Origin: Deltaproteobacteria bacterium 13_1_40CM_4_68_19
Lineage (GTDB): Bacteria > Myxococcota > Myxococcia > Myxococcales > 40CM-4-68-19
Length of the DNA stretch: 52,421 nucleotides
Reading direction: 5' to 3'
Assembly (NCBI GenBank): GCA_001918155.1
Contig: MNFJ01000031.1
Span: forward strand, 1-52,421
Shown piece by piece: positions 20,121-30,058 of the stretch (positions within the stretch are counted from its first letter, which is position 1; each line of letters begins with the position of its first letter). Below the pieces are notes generated by a model, which saw only the letters and a program-made list of their open reading frames with translations, had not been told where the DNA came from and did not search any database. A program made the position numbers and the translations under genes.

Positions 20121-20497
20121 GCCGCGGTCCTCAAGAACCTCTTCACCAGCTCCTGCAGCTCCGGGCCCTTCAACGGTTTGCCGAGGAAGTCGCTGGCGCC
20201 GGCGGCGCGGCACTTCTCGCGCAGCTCGGCGGTGCGGTCCCCGGTGAGCAGGACGACCGGGAGCGTCGCGATCTCGGCCCGCGCGTCGCCGCGGACCTCG
20301 CGGGTGAAGGCGAGCCCGTCCATGCCGGGCATGTTCACGTCGACGATCGCGAGCGCGGGCGGGCTCGCCCGGACCATCGCCAGGGCTTGCGCGCCGTCCT
20401 CCGCTTCTTTCACCTCGATCTGCAGAGGTTTGAGGAAGATCCTGGCGAAGCCCCGGATGGTCGGGCTGTCGTCGACGATCAACACGGTGCGCGGCAA
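20117..20497 (-). CDS. Single-domain CheY-like response regulator
   Basis: IVDDS, DVNMPGMDG, LTG, KP; TTG start after GAGGGGG. Confidence 0.9.
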   Translation of the reverse strand: MPRTVLIVDDSPTIRGFARIFLKPLQIEVKEAEDGAQALAMVRASPPALAIVDVNMPGMDGLAFTREVRGDARAEIATLPVVLLTGDRTAELREKCRAAGASDFLGKPLKGPELQELVKRFLRTAA

Positions 20498-20584
20498 CGT
20501 GTTCCCCCTCGCAAGTTCGGCAAGAAGCGCGAGCCATTCTCGGCGAGGACACCGCACCCGACAAACTTCTCATTCTGCTCAGAT

Positions 20585-21556
20585 CTACGGAATCAGGACG
20601 ATTTTCCCTACAACCCGATCGCTCGCCAGATCCTCGTGTGCGCGCGCGGCTTCGGCCAGGGGGTACGTCTTCGCAACCACCGGGCGCAGCTCGCCGCGCT
20701 CGAACCGCGGCAGGGCGCGCGCGGAGAAGTCCGCGACCAGCCGCGCTTTCTGCTCGGCGCTGCGGGCGCGCAGCGTCGAGCCGAGCACCGTCAGGCGCCG
20801 GACCAACAGCGCCCCGATGTCCAGTGTCCCCTTGCTTCCCGACTGCGTCGAGATGCAGCACAGACGGCCGTGAAGCGCGAGCGCTGCGACGTTCGCTTCC
20901 AGATATGCCGCGCCCACCACGTCGAGGATGATGTCGGCCCCCTTCCCACCCGAGGCCGCCCGCACGGCTTCAGGCAGGCGCGAGGGGACCTCGCTGCGGG
21001 CGAGGAGGTGGGTAGCGCCGAGCGCGCGGCAATGATCGAGCTTGGCGGCGGATGCGGTAGCGAGCACCACGCTGGCGACGCCCCGGCAAAGCTGCAGGGC
21101 CGCGCTGCCCACACCGCTCGCCGCCGCATGCACGACCACGACGTGTCCTGGCTGCAGGGCGCCGAGCATCATGAGGTTCAACCAGGCGGTGAGGAATGCC
21201 TCCGGGATCGCGGCGGCCTCCTCGAACGAGAGCGTCTTCGGGATCGGCATCGCTTGCGCGGCCGGAACGCGCGCCTTTTCCGCGTAGCCGCCGCCGGCGA
21301 GCAGCGCCATCACACGGTCGCCGGGCTTGTACCCGCCGGCCGGGCGCTCGACTTCTCCGGCGATCTCGAGGCCGATGGTGTCCGGCTCGCCGGGCGGGGG
21401 CGGGTAGCGGCCGAGCCGCTGGTGCAGGTCGGCGCGGTTCACGCCGGCGGCGCGGACGCGGACGATCAGATCGCCCTCGCGCGGCTGGGGATCGGGCACT
21501 TCGCCGAGCTGCAGGACTTCCGGGCCGCCGGGTTGCTTCACGACGATGGCGCGCAT
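20585..21556 (-). CDS. NAD(P)H-quinone oxidoreductase, PIG3 family (MDR)
   Basis: GVNRAD, GLEIAG, LAGGGYAE, AASGVG, GSTLR, GKIVL. Confidence 0.93.
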   Translation of the reverse strand: MRAIVVKQPGGPEVLQLGEVPDPQPREGDLIVRVRAAGVNRADLHQRLGRYPPPPGEPDTIGLEIAGEVERPAGGYKPGDRVMALLAGGGYAEKARVPAAQAMPIPKTLSFEEAAAIPEAFLTAWLNLMMLGALQPGHVVVVHAAASGVGSAALQLCRGVASVVLATASAAKLDHCRALGATHLLARSEVPSRLPEAVRAASGGKGADIILDVVGAAYLEANVAALALHGRLCCISTQSGSKGTLDIGALLVRRLTVLGSTLRARSAEQKARLVADFSARALPRFERGELRPVVAKTYPLAEAARAHEDLASDRVVGKIVLIP

Positions 21557-21585
21557 GAGCGTCTCTTACTATGAAGGGTCGTCCC

Positions 21586-22440
21586 ATGCCCGCCCTCCGG
21601 ATCCTCGACGACCGCCAGCGCGAGCTGATCTTCCTGCGCCCGCCCCGCCGCATCGTCTCGCTGGTGCCCAGCGAGACCCAGAGCGTGCTCGCGCTGGGGG
21701 CCGGCGACCGCCTCCTCGGGCGAACTCGATACTGCGACGCCCCCGGGTCGGTGCCCTTGGTCGGCGGAACCAAGGACGTCGACGTGGACGCCGTGGCGCG
21801 GTTGCGCCCCGAGTTGATCCTCGCCAACCAGGAAGAGAACTCGCGCGTACACCTCGAGCAGCTCGCGCAGCTCGGGCTGCCGCTCTTCGTGTCGTTCCCG
21901 AAGACCGTGGCGGAAGGGCTGGCGCACCTAGGCCGGTTGGCGAAAGTGCTCGAAGTCGACGCGCGCGATCTCCTGCGCCGGGGCTATGCGGCGGTCCAGG
22001 AAGCGGAAGCTGCGCTCGGCAAGCGCGGGATGCTGCGCGCGTTCGTGCCCATCTGGATGGATCCGCTCATGACGGTCAACGGCCAGACGTACATGAGCGA
22101 TGCGCTGCGGCTCGGCGGCGGCGAGAACGTATTCGCCGAGCGCCAGCGCTTGTACCCTCTGGCGGCGGACCTGGGACAGGCCGTGCCGCGGCCGGCGGGC
22201 ACGCGCGACACCCGGTATCCGCGCGTGGCGCTCGACGAGGTGGTGAAGCGGGCGCCACGGATCGTCCTCCTCCCGGACGAGCCGCATCCGTTCTCCGAAC
22301 GCGATGCCGAGGTATTCCGGGCGGCGCTTCCGCCGGGGACCAAGGTGGTCCGTTGCGGCGGGCGCGATTTCTCCTGGTACGGGGCGCAGAGCGTGGAAGG
22401 CGTGCCGAGGCTGCGCGCGCTGATCGATTCGCTGCGATGA
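21586..22440 (+). CDS. Helical-backbone metal receptor (BtuF/cobalamin-binding-like), no evident signal peptide
   Basis: RRIVSLVPSET, GRTRYC, VGGTKD, NQEEN, LPDEPHPF, FSWYG. Confidence 0.85.
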   Translation: MPALRILDDRQRELIFLRPPRRIVSLVPSETQSVLALGAGDRLLGRTRYCDAPGSVPLVGGTKDVDVDAVARLRPELILANQEENSRVHLEQLAQLGLPLFVSFPKTVAEGLAHLGRLAKVLEVDARDLLRRGYAAVQEAEAALGKRGMLRAFVPIWMDPLMTVNGQTYMSDALRLGGGENVFAERQRLYPLAADLGQAVPRPAGTRDTRYPRVALDEVVKRAPRIVLLPDEPHPFSERDAEVFRAALPPGTKVVRCGGRDFSWYGAQSVEGVPRLRALIDSLR

Positions 22441-23840
22441 AGCGCGCCCTCCTGCTCGCGGCGTTCCTGCCTCTGCCCGCGTTTGCCTACAACGAGGCGG
22501 TGCACGCGTTCATCACCCGCCACGCCTTGCCCCTCGAGCGGCCGGTGGTGCCGCCGACGCAGGACGATCTCGACGCGTTCCGCGCGCAGTTCTGGGTGCG
22601 CGCCTCCGAGCATCCCGGATTCGAGCGCCGCTATCCGACCATCCACGACTTCGATGCCTGGGCGTTCAAGGAATTCCTCATGCTGGACCCGGCGGCGCGG
22701 GTGCACGGATTCGAGCCGTTGCCGGACGACGACGCCGGCACGCTCCACCGACTGCTCGAGCTCGCCAGCCGATGGCCGGACGACGACGAGCGGAACCGCC
22801 ATCGCTATCTGCACGATCCGCGCACGCGCCAGATCGTCCGCGGGCCAGACGGATCGCCCATCCCGTACGATCCCGCCACCCTCGATTTCGGCAGCCTGAC
22901 CGGCACCACCAGCCAGGGGCACGCGCACTACGGTCTCGTCGACGGCCCGCTCAGCGACGACCCGGAAGTGCTGAAGAAGGAGCCTTGGCGCTTCGCCGTT
23001 CCGCCGACGGCGCATGCATACGGAGCGGAGTTCGTGCAGGTGTACACGGATCTGGCGGCCCTGGCCGCGCAGAGCCGCCTCCCTTCCGCCGTCTGGCTGC
23101 AGGCGGCGTTCGCGGGGGCGGCGTTCCATCACCTCGAGGATCTCTGCAACCAGATCCACACCGTGCAGGTGGGCATCTACGAATTCCTGGAGACCGCTTT
23201 TTTGCAGTCGAAGCTCAGGGACCTGCAGACGCTGGGAGGGCTGTTCGGCGAACGGCACTCGCTGGAGCAGGTCGGGCTCAGGCTGATCGCGAATCACCAC
23301 CTGCTCTCCGAAGACCTGTTCGCGAAGCATCTCGGCGAGATGCAGCTTGCCGACATCGACCAGCCGGACGCGGAGATCGCGGCGGCGCCGGATCTCGCGC
23401 GCGCGATCGTCGAGCGGTCCAGCCGGGAGGCGCCGCAGGTGTACAGGCTCGCCTGGCGCTTCTCGACGAAGACGTTGCGCGACGGCGTGTCGGGGCACGA
23501 GTACGACGGGAGCAAGGGGGACGATCCGGATGCGTATGTCGAGCGCACGCCCGAGGCGCGGGCTGCGATCGAGGAATTCGATGTGATCGAGATCCGCGGA
23601 CTGCGCCGCGCGGTGACGGCGGTCCGGGAATGGCAGCGCCGCTTTCCGGGCAAACCGCACGACCCGGTGCCGCAGCTGGTCGCGTACCACGAGCAGGCGG
23701 CGGCGCGCCGGGCGGCATACAAGCCGCCGGCCTCGGGCCATCCGGGGGTCGCCTGGGGATATCCGATCTCAGTGGTTGCGCTGCTCGGCGCGGCCGTAGC
23801 CTTCGCGCGGCGCAAGTCGCGGCCACCGAAGGCGGCTTAG
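22437..23840 (+). CDS. Exported, C-terminally anchored protein with Zn-dependent phospholipase C/P1 nuclease-like motifs
   Basis: Signal peptide ending AFA, mature N-terminus YNEAVH, WPD, HAHY, HHLEDLCNQIH, HHLLSED; C-terminal TM plus basic tail; ATGA overlap. Confidence 0.65.
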   Translation: MKRALLLAAFLPLPAFAYNEAVHAFITRHALPLERPVVPPTQDDLDAFRAQFWVRASEHPGFERRYPTIHDFDAWAFKEFLMLDPAARVHGFEPLPDDDAGTLHRLLELASRWPDDDERNRHRYLHDPRTRQIVRGPDGSPIPYDPATLDFGSLTGTTSQGHAHYGLVDGPLSDDPEVLKKEPWRFAVPPTAHAYGAEFVQVYTDLAALAAQSRLPSAVWLQAAFAGAAFHHLEDLCNQIHTVQVGIYEFLETAFLQSKLRDLQTLGGLFGERHSLEQVGLRLIANHHLLSEDLFAKHLGEMQLADIDQPDAEIAAAPDLARAIVERSSREAPQVYRLAWRFSTKTLRDGVSGHEYDGSKGDDPDAYVERTPEARAAIEEFDVIEIRGLRRAVTAVREWQRRFPGKPHDPVPQLVAYHEQAAARRAAYKPPASGHPGVAWGYPISVVALLGAAVAFARRKSRPPKAA

Positions 23841-23934
23841 GCCGCTCGCACAAATTACCTTGTCAACTGAAGCTGGCCGCCTCCGAGGGAGCCATAGTTG
23901 TCCAAGCCCAAAAGGTAATTTCGATCGGCGGCCT
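23839..23934. other. Long imperfect hairpin between convergent genes (candidate ncRNA, terminator or MITE remnant)
   Basis: Nested complementary arms AGGCCGC/GCGGCCT, AAATTACCTT/AAGGTAATTT, CAACT/AGTTG. Confidence 0.5.
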
Positions 23935-23940
23935 TAGCGA

Positions 23941-25566
<1,626 letters not shown>

Positions 25567-25612
25567 GCGATGCTCCTCGAAAGAGGGCGGGTTTTAACAT
25601 AGAGAGAAGGCC

Positions 25613-26227
25613 GTGGAGCACGCGCTCGCGCACTTGATTTCGAAGTTCACCTACATCGCCATCGTCGGCGTGCTCGCCGCGGCCGGGCTCGGGGTGCCGA
25701 TCTCCGAGGATCTCACGCTTCTGGTCGGCGGCGGCCTGGCTGCCCGGGAGGTGACCGACTTCTGGCCGACGCTCGGCGCGGGCTACTTCGGCGTGCTTCT
25801 CGGGGACGTCCTCATCCACCACTGGGGAGCGAGGATTGGGCCCGCAGCGTACCGCCACCGCCTGGTGCAGAAACACCTCTCCCCGGAGCGACAGGAGAAG
25901 CTGCGGGCCCATTTCGCGCGGCATGGCTTTCTCACCATTGTGGTCGGCCGGCATACGCCCATGCTGCGGGCGCCGATCTTCTTCCTGGCCGGAGCGTCGA
26001 ACGTCCCGCTCTGGAAATTCGCCCTCGCGGATGCGCTGTCGGCGGCGATCACCGTGCCGATCGTGGTGATGCTCGGCTTCTATTTCGGCGAGCACCTCGC
26101 CGACATCCGGGCGATCATCCACCGCGTTCAATGGAGCGTTTTCGCCGCCGTCCTCGCGGGCATCGCCCTGATCTGGTTCTTGCGCCGCCGGGCCAGGGCA
26201 CGCGCGCGAGGTCCCACGACGCCGTGA
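25613..26227 (+). CDS. DedA family membrane protein
   Basis: GLGVPISED, LGD, GRHTPMLR, AGAS, hydrophobic profile. Confidence 0.92.
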   Translation: MEHALAHLISKFTYIAIVGVLAAAGLGVPISEDLTLLVGGGLAAREVTDFWPTLGAGYFGVLLGDVLIHHWGARIGPAAYRHRLVQKHLSPERQEKLRAHFARHGFLTIVVGRHTPMLRAPIFFLAGASNVPLWKFALADALSAAITVPIVVMLGFYFGEHLADIRAIIHRVQWSVFAAVLAGIALIWFLRRRARARARGPTTP

Positions 26228-26251
26228 CGTCCAAGGCGTCTTGCGAATGAG

Positions 26252-26335
26252 TACCCGGGGCCGGACTCGAACCGGCACGAGCTTTTGGCTCAGGGCGTTT
26301 TAAGCGCTCCGCGTCTACCGTTCCGCCACCCGGGC
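26252..26335 (-). tRNA. tRNA-Leu(UAA), CCA not encoded
   Basis: Minus strand GCCCGGGTGGCGGAACGGTAGACGC...CT-TAA-AA...long variable arm...GGTTCGAGTCC...CCCGGGT-A. Confidence 0.93.
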
Positions 26336-26438
26336 ATTGCTCTTCACAGCGGCGATCTTACCGCAGCGACTGTCTTCGCACGTCGTCTCCCGGCAGAAAT
26401 GGCTTCCGCCGCCCGGTTTCGTTATCTTCCCCGGCCCC

Positions 26439-29315
26439 ATGGACTTCGATCGCGATTTCGGCGTCAACCAGGTCTTCGTCGAGGATCAGTACGAGCGCTG
26501 GCGGAACAATCCCGCCGCGGTCTCACCGGAGTGGCAGCAGTACTTCGCGCGGCTGCACGGCCTGCCCACTCCTCCGACATTCCAGGCGAGCGCCTGGTCC
26601 CAGCCCGCGCCCACGCCCGCCCCGGGCGGCGACGGCAACGGCCATGCGGCGATCGCCTTTCCTCCCCAGACCGGATTCGAGCTCCTCTCCGTCCCCGCGC
26701 CCGCTCAAGAGCGGCTGCAGGCGGAGATCCTGCAGGAGAAAGTCGGAGAGCTGATCAACGCCTACCGCATCCGCGGTCACCTCTTCGCGAATCTCGACCC
26801 GCTCGGGCTGCTCCAGCCGCCCCCGCCCGAGCTCGAGATCGAGCACTTCGGCCTCTCTGAAGAGCAACTCGACAAGCCGTTCGCCACCGGCGACTTCGCC
26901 GCCGGCAAGGGCGAGATGACCCTGCGCGAGATCCTCGCCCACCTCAAGCGGACCTACTGCCGCACCATCGGCGTCGAGTACATGCACGGCGAGGATCCGG
27001 CCATCAAGCGCTGGCTGCAAGAACGCATGGAGGCGGCGCAGAACACGCCGACCCTCTCGCGCGAGCAGAAGCTGCGCATCCTCGCGCGCCTCACCGACGC
27101 CGAGACGCTCGAGACCTTCCTGCACCGCAAGTACATCGGCAAGAAGCGCTTCTCGCTCGAGGGCGCGGAGAGCTTGATCCCGCTGCTGGATTGGCTGGTC
27201 GAGGAGTTCGGCCGGCAAGGCGGAGAGGAAATCGTCCTCGGGATGGCCCACCGCGGCCGCCTCAACGTCCTCGTCAACGTGCTCGGCAAGGGCCTGCGCG
27301 AGCTGTTCGCCGAGTTCGAGGACACCGAGATCGAGACGATGATGGGCCGGGGCGACGTGAAGTACCACCTCGGATACTCCAGCGACCGGACGTTGCCCGA
27401 CGGCCGCAGCATGCACCTGTCCCTGGCGTTCAACCCGAGCCATCTGGAGATCGTCGACCCGGTGGTGGAGGGCCGGGTCCGCGCCAAGCAGGATCGCACG
27501 TTGAACTGGGAGGGCGCCCCCGCGCCGCGCGACCCCGAGCGCCGCAAGGTGCTTCCGGTCCTCATCCATGGCGACGCGGCGTTCGCCGGGCAGGGCATCG
27601 TGGCGGAGGTGCTGAACCTCGCGAACCTCGAAGGGTACTCGACCGGCGGCACCATCCACGTCATCGTCAACAACCAGGTGGGCTTCACCACCAATCCGGA
27701 GGACGCGCGCTCGACGCCGTACGCGACCGACATCGGCCGCGTGCTGCGCGCCCCCGTCTTTCACGTCAACGGAGAGGACCCGGAAGCCGTGGTCTGGGCG
27801 GTGCAGCTCGCCGCCGACTACCGGCAGCAATTCCAGCAGGACGTGCTCATCGACCTCTACTGCTACCGCAAGTACGGCCATAACGAAGGCGACGAGCCCG
27901 CCTTCACGCAGCCGCGCATGTACGAGGTGATCCGGAAGAAGAAGCCGCTGCGCGAAGTCTACGCCCAGCGCCTCGCGCAGGAAGGCGTCGCCACCGGCGG
28001 CGAGGCCGACGAGCTGATGCGGGAGCGGATGGCGCGGCTGGAGGCCGAGCTGGAGCGCACGCGGAAGGAAGGCGCCAAGCGGACCTCCTCGGCGATGGCA
28101 GGGCTGTGGTCGAAATATCGCGGCGGGCCCGACGCGGCGACGCCGGATGTCCCGACGGCGGTCCCCGAGCCGAAGCTGCGCGAGCTGCTGATGAAGCTCT
28201 CGCGCGTTCCGGACGGATTCACCCTGAACGACAAGATAGCGAAGTTGCTCGAAGGCCGGCGCAAGCTCGCAGAGGGCGACGGGAGCGAGCCGTTCGACTG
28301 GGGCGTCGGCGAGCACCTCGCCTTCGCCACGCTGCTCGATGAGGGCGCCCCCATCCGTTTCTCCGGTCAAGACAGCCGGCGCGGAACCTTCAGCCACCGG
28401 CACGCGGTGCTGGCGGACATGCGCGACGGCAAGCGCTACACCCCGCTCGCGCACCTGCGCGAAGGCCAGGGTCGCTTCGACATCTTCGACTCGCCTCTGA
28501 GCGAAGCGGGCGTTCTCGGGTTCGACTACGGCTGGTCGCTGGACATGCCCGAGGCGCTCTGCTGCTGGGAGGCGCAGTTCGGCGACTTCACCAACGGCGC
28601 GCAGGTGGTCATCGACCAGTTCATCTCCTCCGCCGAGGACAAGTGGAACCGTCTCTCCAGCATCGTGCTGCTCTTGCCGCACGGGTTCGAAGGGCAGGGT
28701 CCCGAGCACAGCTCGGCACGGCTCGAGCGTTTCCTGCAGCTCTGCGCCGAAGACAACATGCAGGTCTGCTATCCCACGACCCCCGCGCAGTTCTTCCACC
28801 TCCTCCGGCGGCAGGTCCTTCGCTCCTGGCGCAAGCCGCTGGTGGTGATGACGCCGAAGAGCCTCTTGCGGCACAAGCTGGCGGTCTCGTCGCTGCGCGA
28901 CCTCGCGCAGGGCTCCTTCCAGCGGATCATCGTGGATCCGCCGGCGAAGAAGGCGAAGCGCGTCCTGCTCTGCACCGGCAAGATCTACTACGACCTGATC
29001 ACGGCGCGCGAAACGAAGAAGCGGGACGACGTCGCCATCGTGCGCTTCGAGCAACTCTACCCGCTGTCCGACGCCTCGTTGTCCGAGGCGGTGAAGCCGT
29101 TCAAGGATGCCGAGCTGGTCTGGGTCCAGGAGGAGCCGTTCAACATGGGCGCCTGGTACCACGTGCGAGCGCGCTGGCCTGAGGTGGTCGGGAGGGGAAG
29201 ACTCATTCCCGTCGCGCGCGCGGAGAGCGCGAGCCCGGCGACCGGAAGCGAGAAGAGCCACAATCACGAGCAGAAGCTGCTGGTCGAGCAGGCTTTCGGC
29301 GACGCGAAGGCGTAG
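26439..29315 (+). CDS. sucA: 2-oxoglutarate dehydrogenase E1
   Basis: KRFSLEG, GMAHRGRLN, GDVKYH, HGDAAFAGQG, RGTFSHRH, WEAQFGDF, GPEHSS. Confidence 0.97.
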   Translation: MDFDRDFGVNQVFVEDQYERWRNNPAAVSPEWQQYFARLHGLPTPPTFQASAWSQPAPTPAPGGDGNGHAAIAFPPQTGFELLSVPAPAQERLQAEILQEKVGELINAYRIRGHLFANLDPLGLLQPPPPELEIEHFGLSEEQLDKPFATGDFAAGKGEMTLREILAHLKRTYCRTIGVEYMHGEDPAIKRWLQERMEAAQNTPTLSREQKLRILARLTDAETLETFLHRKYIGKKRFSLEGAESLIPLLDWLVEEFGRQGGEEIVLGMAHRGRLNVLVNVLGKGLRELFAEFEDTEIETMMGRGDVKYHLGYSSDRTLPDGRSMHLSLAFNPSHLEIVDPVVEGRVRAKQDRTLNWEGAPAPRDPERRKVLPVLIHGDAAFAGQGIVAEVLNLANLEGYSTGGTIHVIVNNQVGFTTNPEDARSTPYATDIGRVLRAPVFHVNGEDPEAVVWAVQLAADYRQQFQQDVLIDLYCYRKYGHNEGDEPAFTQPRMYEVIRKKKPLREVYAQRLAQEGVATGGEADELMRERMARLEAELERTRKEGAKRTSSAMAGLWSKYRGGPDAATPDVPTAVPEPKLRELLMKLSRVPDGFTLNDKIAKLLEGRRKLAEGDGSEPFDWGVGEHLAFATLLDEGAPIRFSGQDSRRGTFSHRHAVLADMRDGKRYTPLAHLREGQGRFDIFDSPLSEAGVLGFDYGWSLDMPEALCCWEAQFGDFTNGAQVVIDQFISSAEDKWNRLSSIVLLLPHGFEGQGPEHSSARLERFLQLCAEDNMQVCYPTTPAQFFHLLRRQVLRSWRKPLVVMTPKSLLRHKLAVSSLRDLAQGSFQRIIVDPPAKKAKRVLLCTGKIYYDLITARETKKRDDVAIVRFEQLYPLSDASLSEAVKPFKDAELVWVQEEPFNMGAWYHVRARWPEVVGRGRLIPVARAESASPATGSEKSHNHEQKLLVEQAFGDAKA

Positions 29316-29318
29316 TCA

Positions 29319-29984
29319 CTAGAGGAGTTGGGCCCAGCGGGCGAAGACGCCGTGAGCGATCGACCGCAGTCGCGGCAACTCGCGCACGGACTGCGACCGC
29401 AGATGCCCGGGATCGACGCCTGCTTCCCGCAGCTCGGCCTCCCCGGCCATCATGGCGGAAAAGACCTCCTCGTCCGTCTCCAGATGGAACTGCACGCCCC
29501 AGGCGCGCTCACCGAAGCGGAAGGCCTGCTGAGGCGTGAGCGTGCTGGAGGCGAGCGGGACCGCTCCGCGCGGGAGCGTGAACGCGTCTCCGTGCCAATG
29601 GAAGGCGACGAATCTTTCCGGAGCCGTTGCGAAGAGCGCGTCCTCGCGCGCCTGCGGCGTGAGGCGGACGCGATAGAAGCCGATCTCCTTCGCCTCCGCT
29701 TTCGCTACCTCCGCCCCCAGCGCCGCGGCGAGAAGCTGGCTGCCGAGGCAGATGCCGAGCACCGGCCGGCCGCGCTCGACGCAGCGGCGCAGCAGCCGGA
29801 TCTCGTCGCGCAGGTGCGGCAGCCGATCCTGGTCGTACACGCCCATTCCGCCGCCCAGCACCACCAGCGCCTCGCAATCCTGCGGCACCGGATCTGCGGC
29901 GAAGGTGCGGACGATGCGGGCATCGCGCAGGTAGGGCAGGAGGCTGCCGGGCCCCTCGCCAGGCTCGTGCTGGATGACGATCAC
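29319..29984 (-). CDS. Type 1 glutamine amidotransferase domain protein
   Basis: LGICLGSQL nucleophile elbow, WHGD, QFHLE catalytic His/Glu. Confidence 0.92.
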   Translation of the reverse strand: MIVIQHEPGEGPGSLLPYLRDARIVRTFAADPVPQDCEALVVLGGGMGVYDQDRLPHLRDEIRLLRRCVERGRPVLGICLGSQLLAAALGAEVAKAEAKEIGFYRVRLTPQAREDALFATAPERFVAFHWHGDAFTLPRGAVPLASSTLTPQQAFRFGERAWGVQFHLETDEEVFSAMMAGEAELREAGVDPGHLRSQSVRELPRLRSIAHGVFARWAQLL

Positions 29985-30058
29985 GGCGGCGGAGAATACA
30001 TCGCCGTCTTTTCCCCGGTGACGCGCGGACGGACCTGTGGGTAGAAGGTCGCTCCCTG

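Noticed and set aside
23839-23934. SRP (4.5S) RNA next to ffh
   Set aside because: The conserved CAGG..GGAA..AGCA domain IV pattern is absent on both strands; kept only as an unexplained hairpin
26228-26260. Genomic island integrated at the tRNA-Leu 3' end
   Set aside because: No integrase and no duplicated tRNA 3' end seen; flanks are dedA and ffh
26523-29267. 914-aa antisense ORF opposite sucA, and similar long ORFs at 33764-37315, 37087-40356, 29981-32482, 15621-17942
   Set aside because: Shadow frames expected in high-GC coding DNA; no motifs, and each overlaps a well-supported gene
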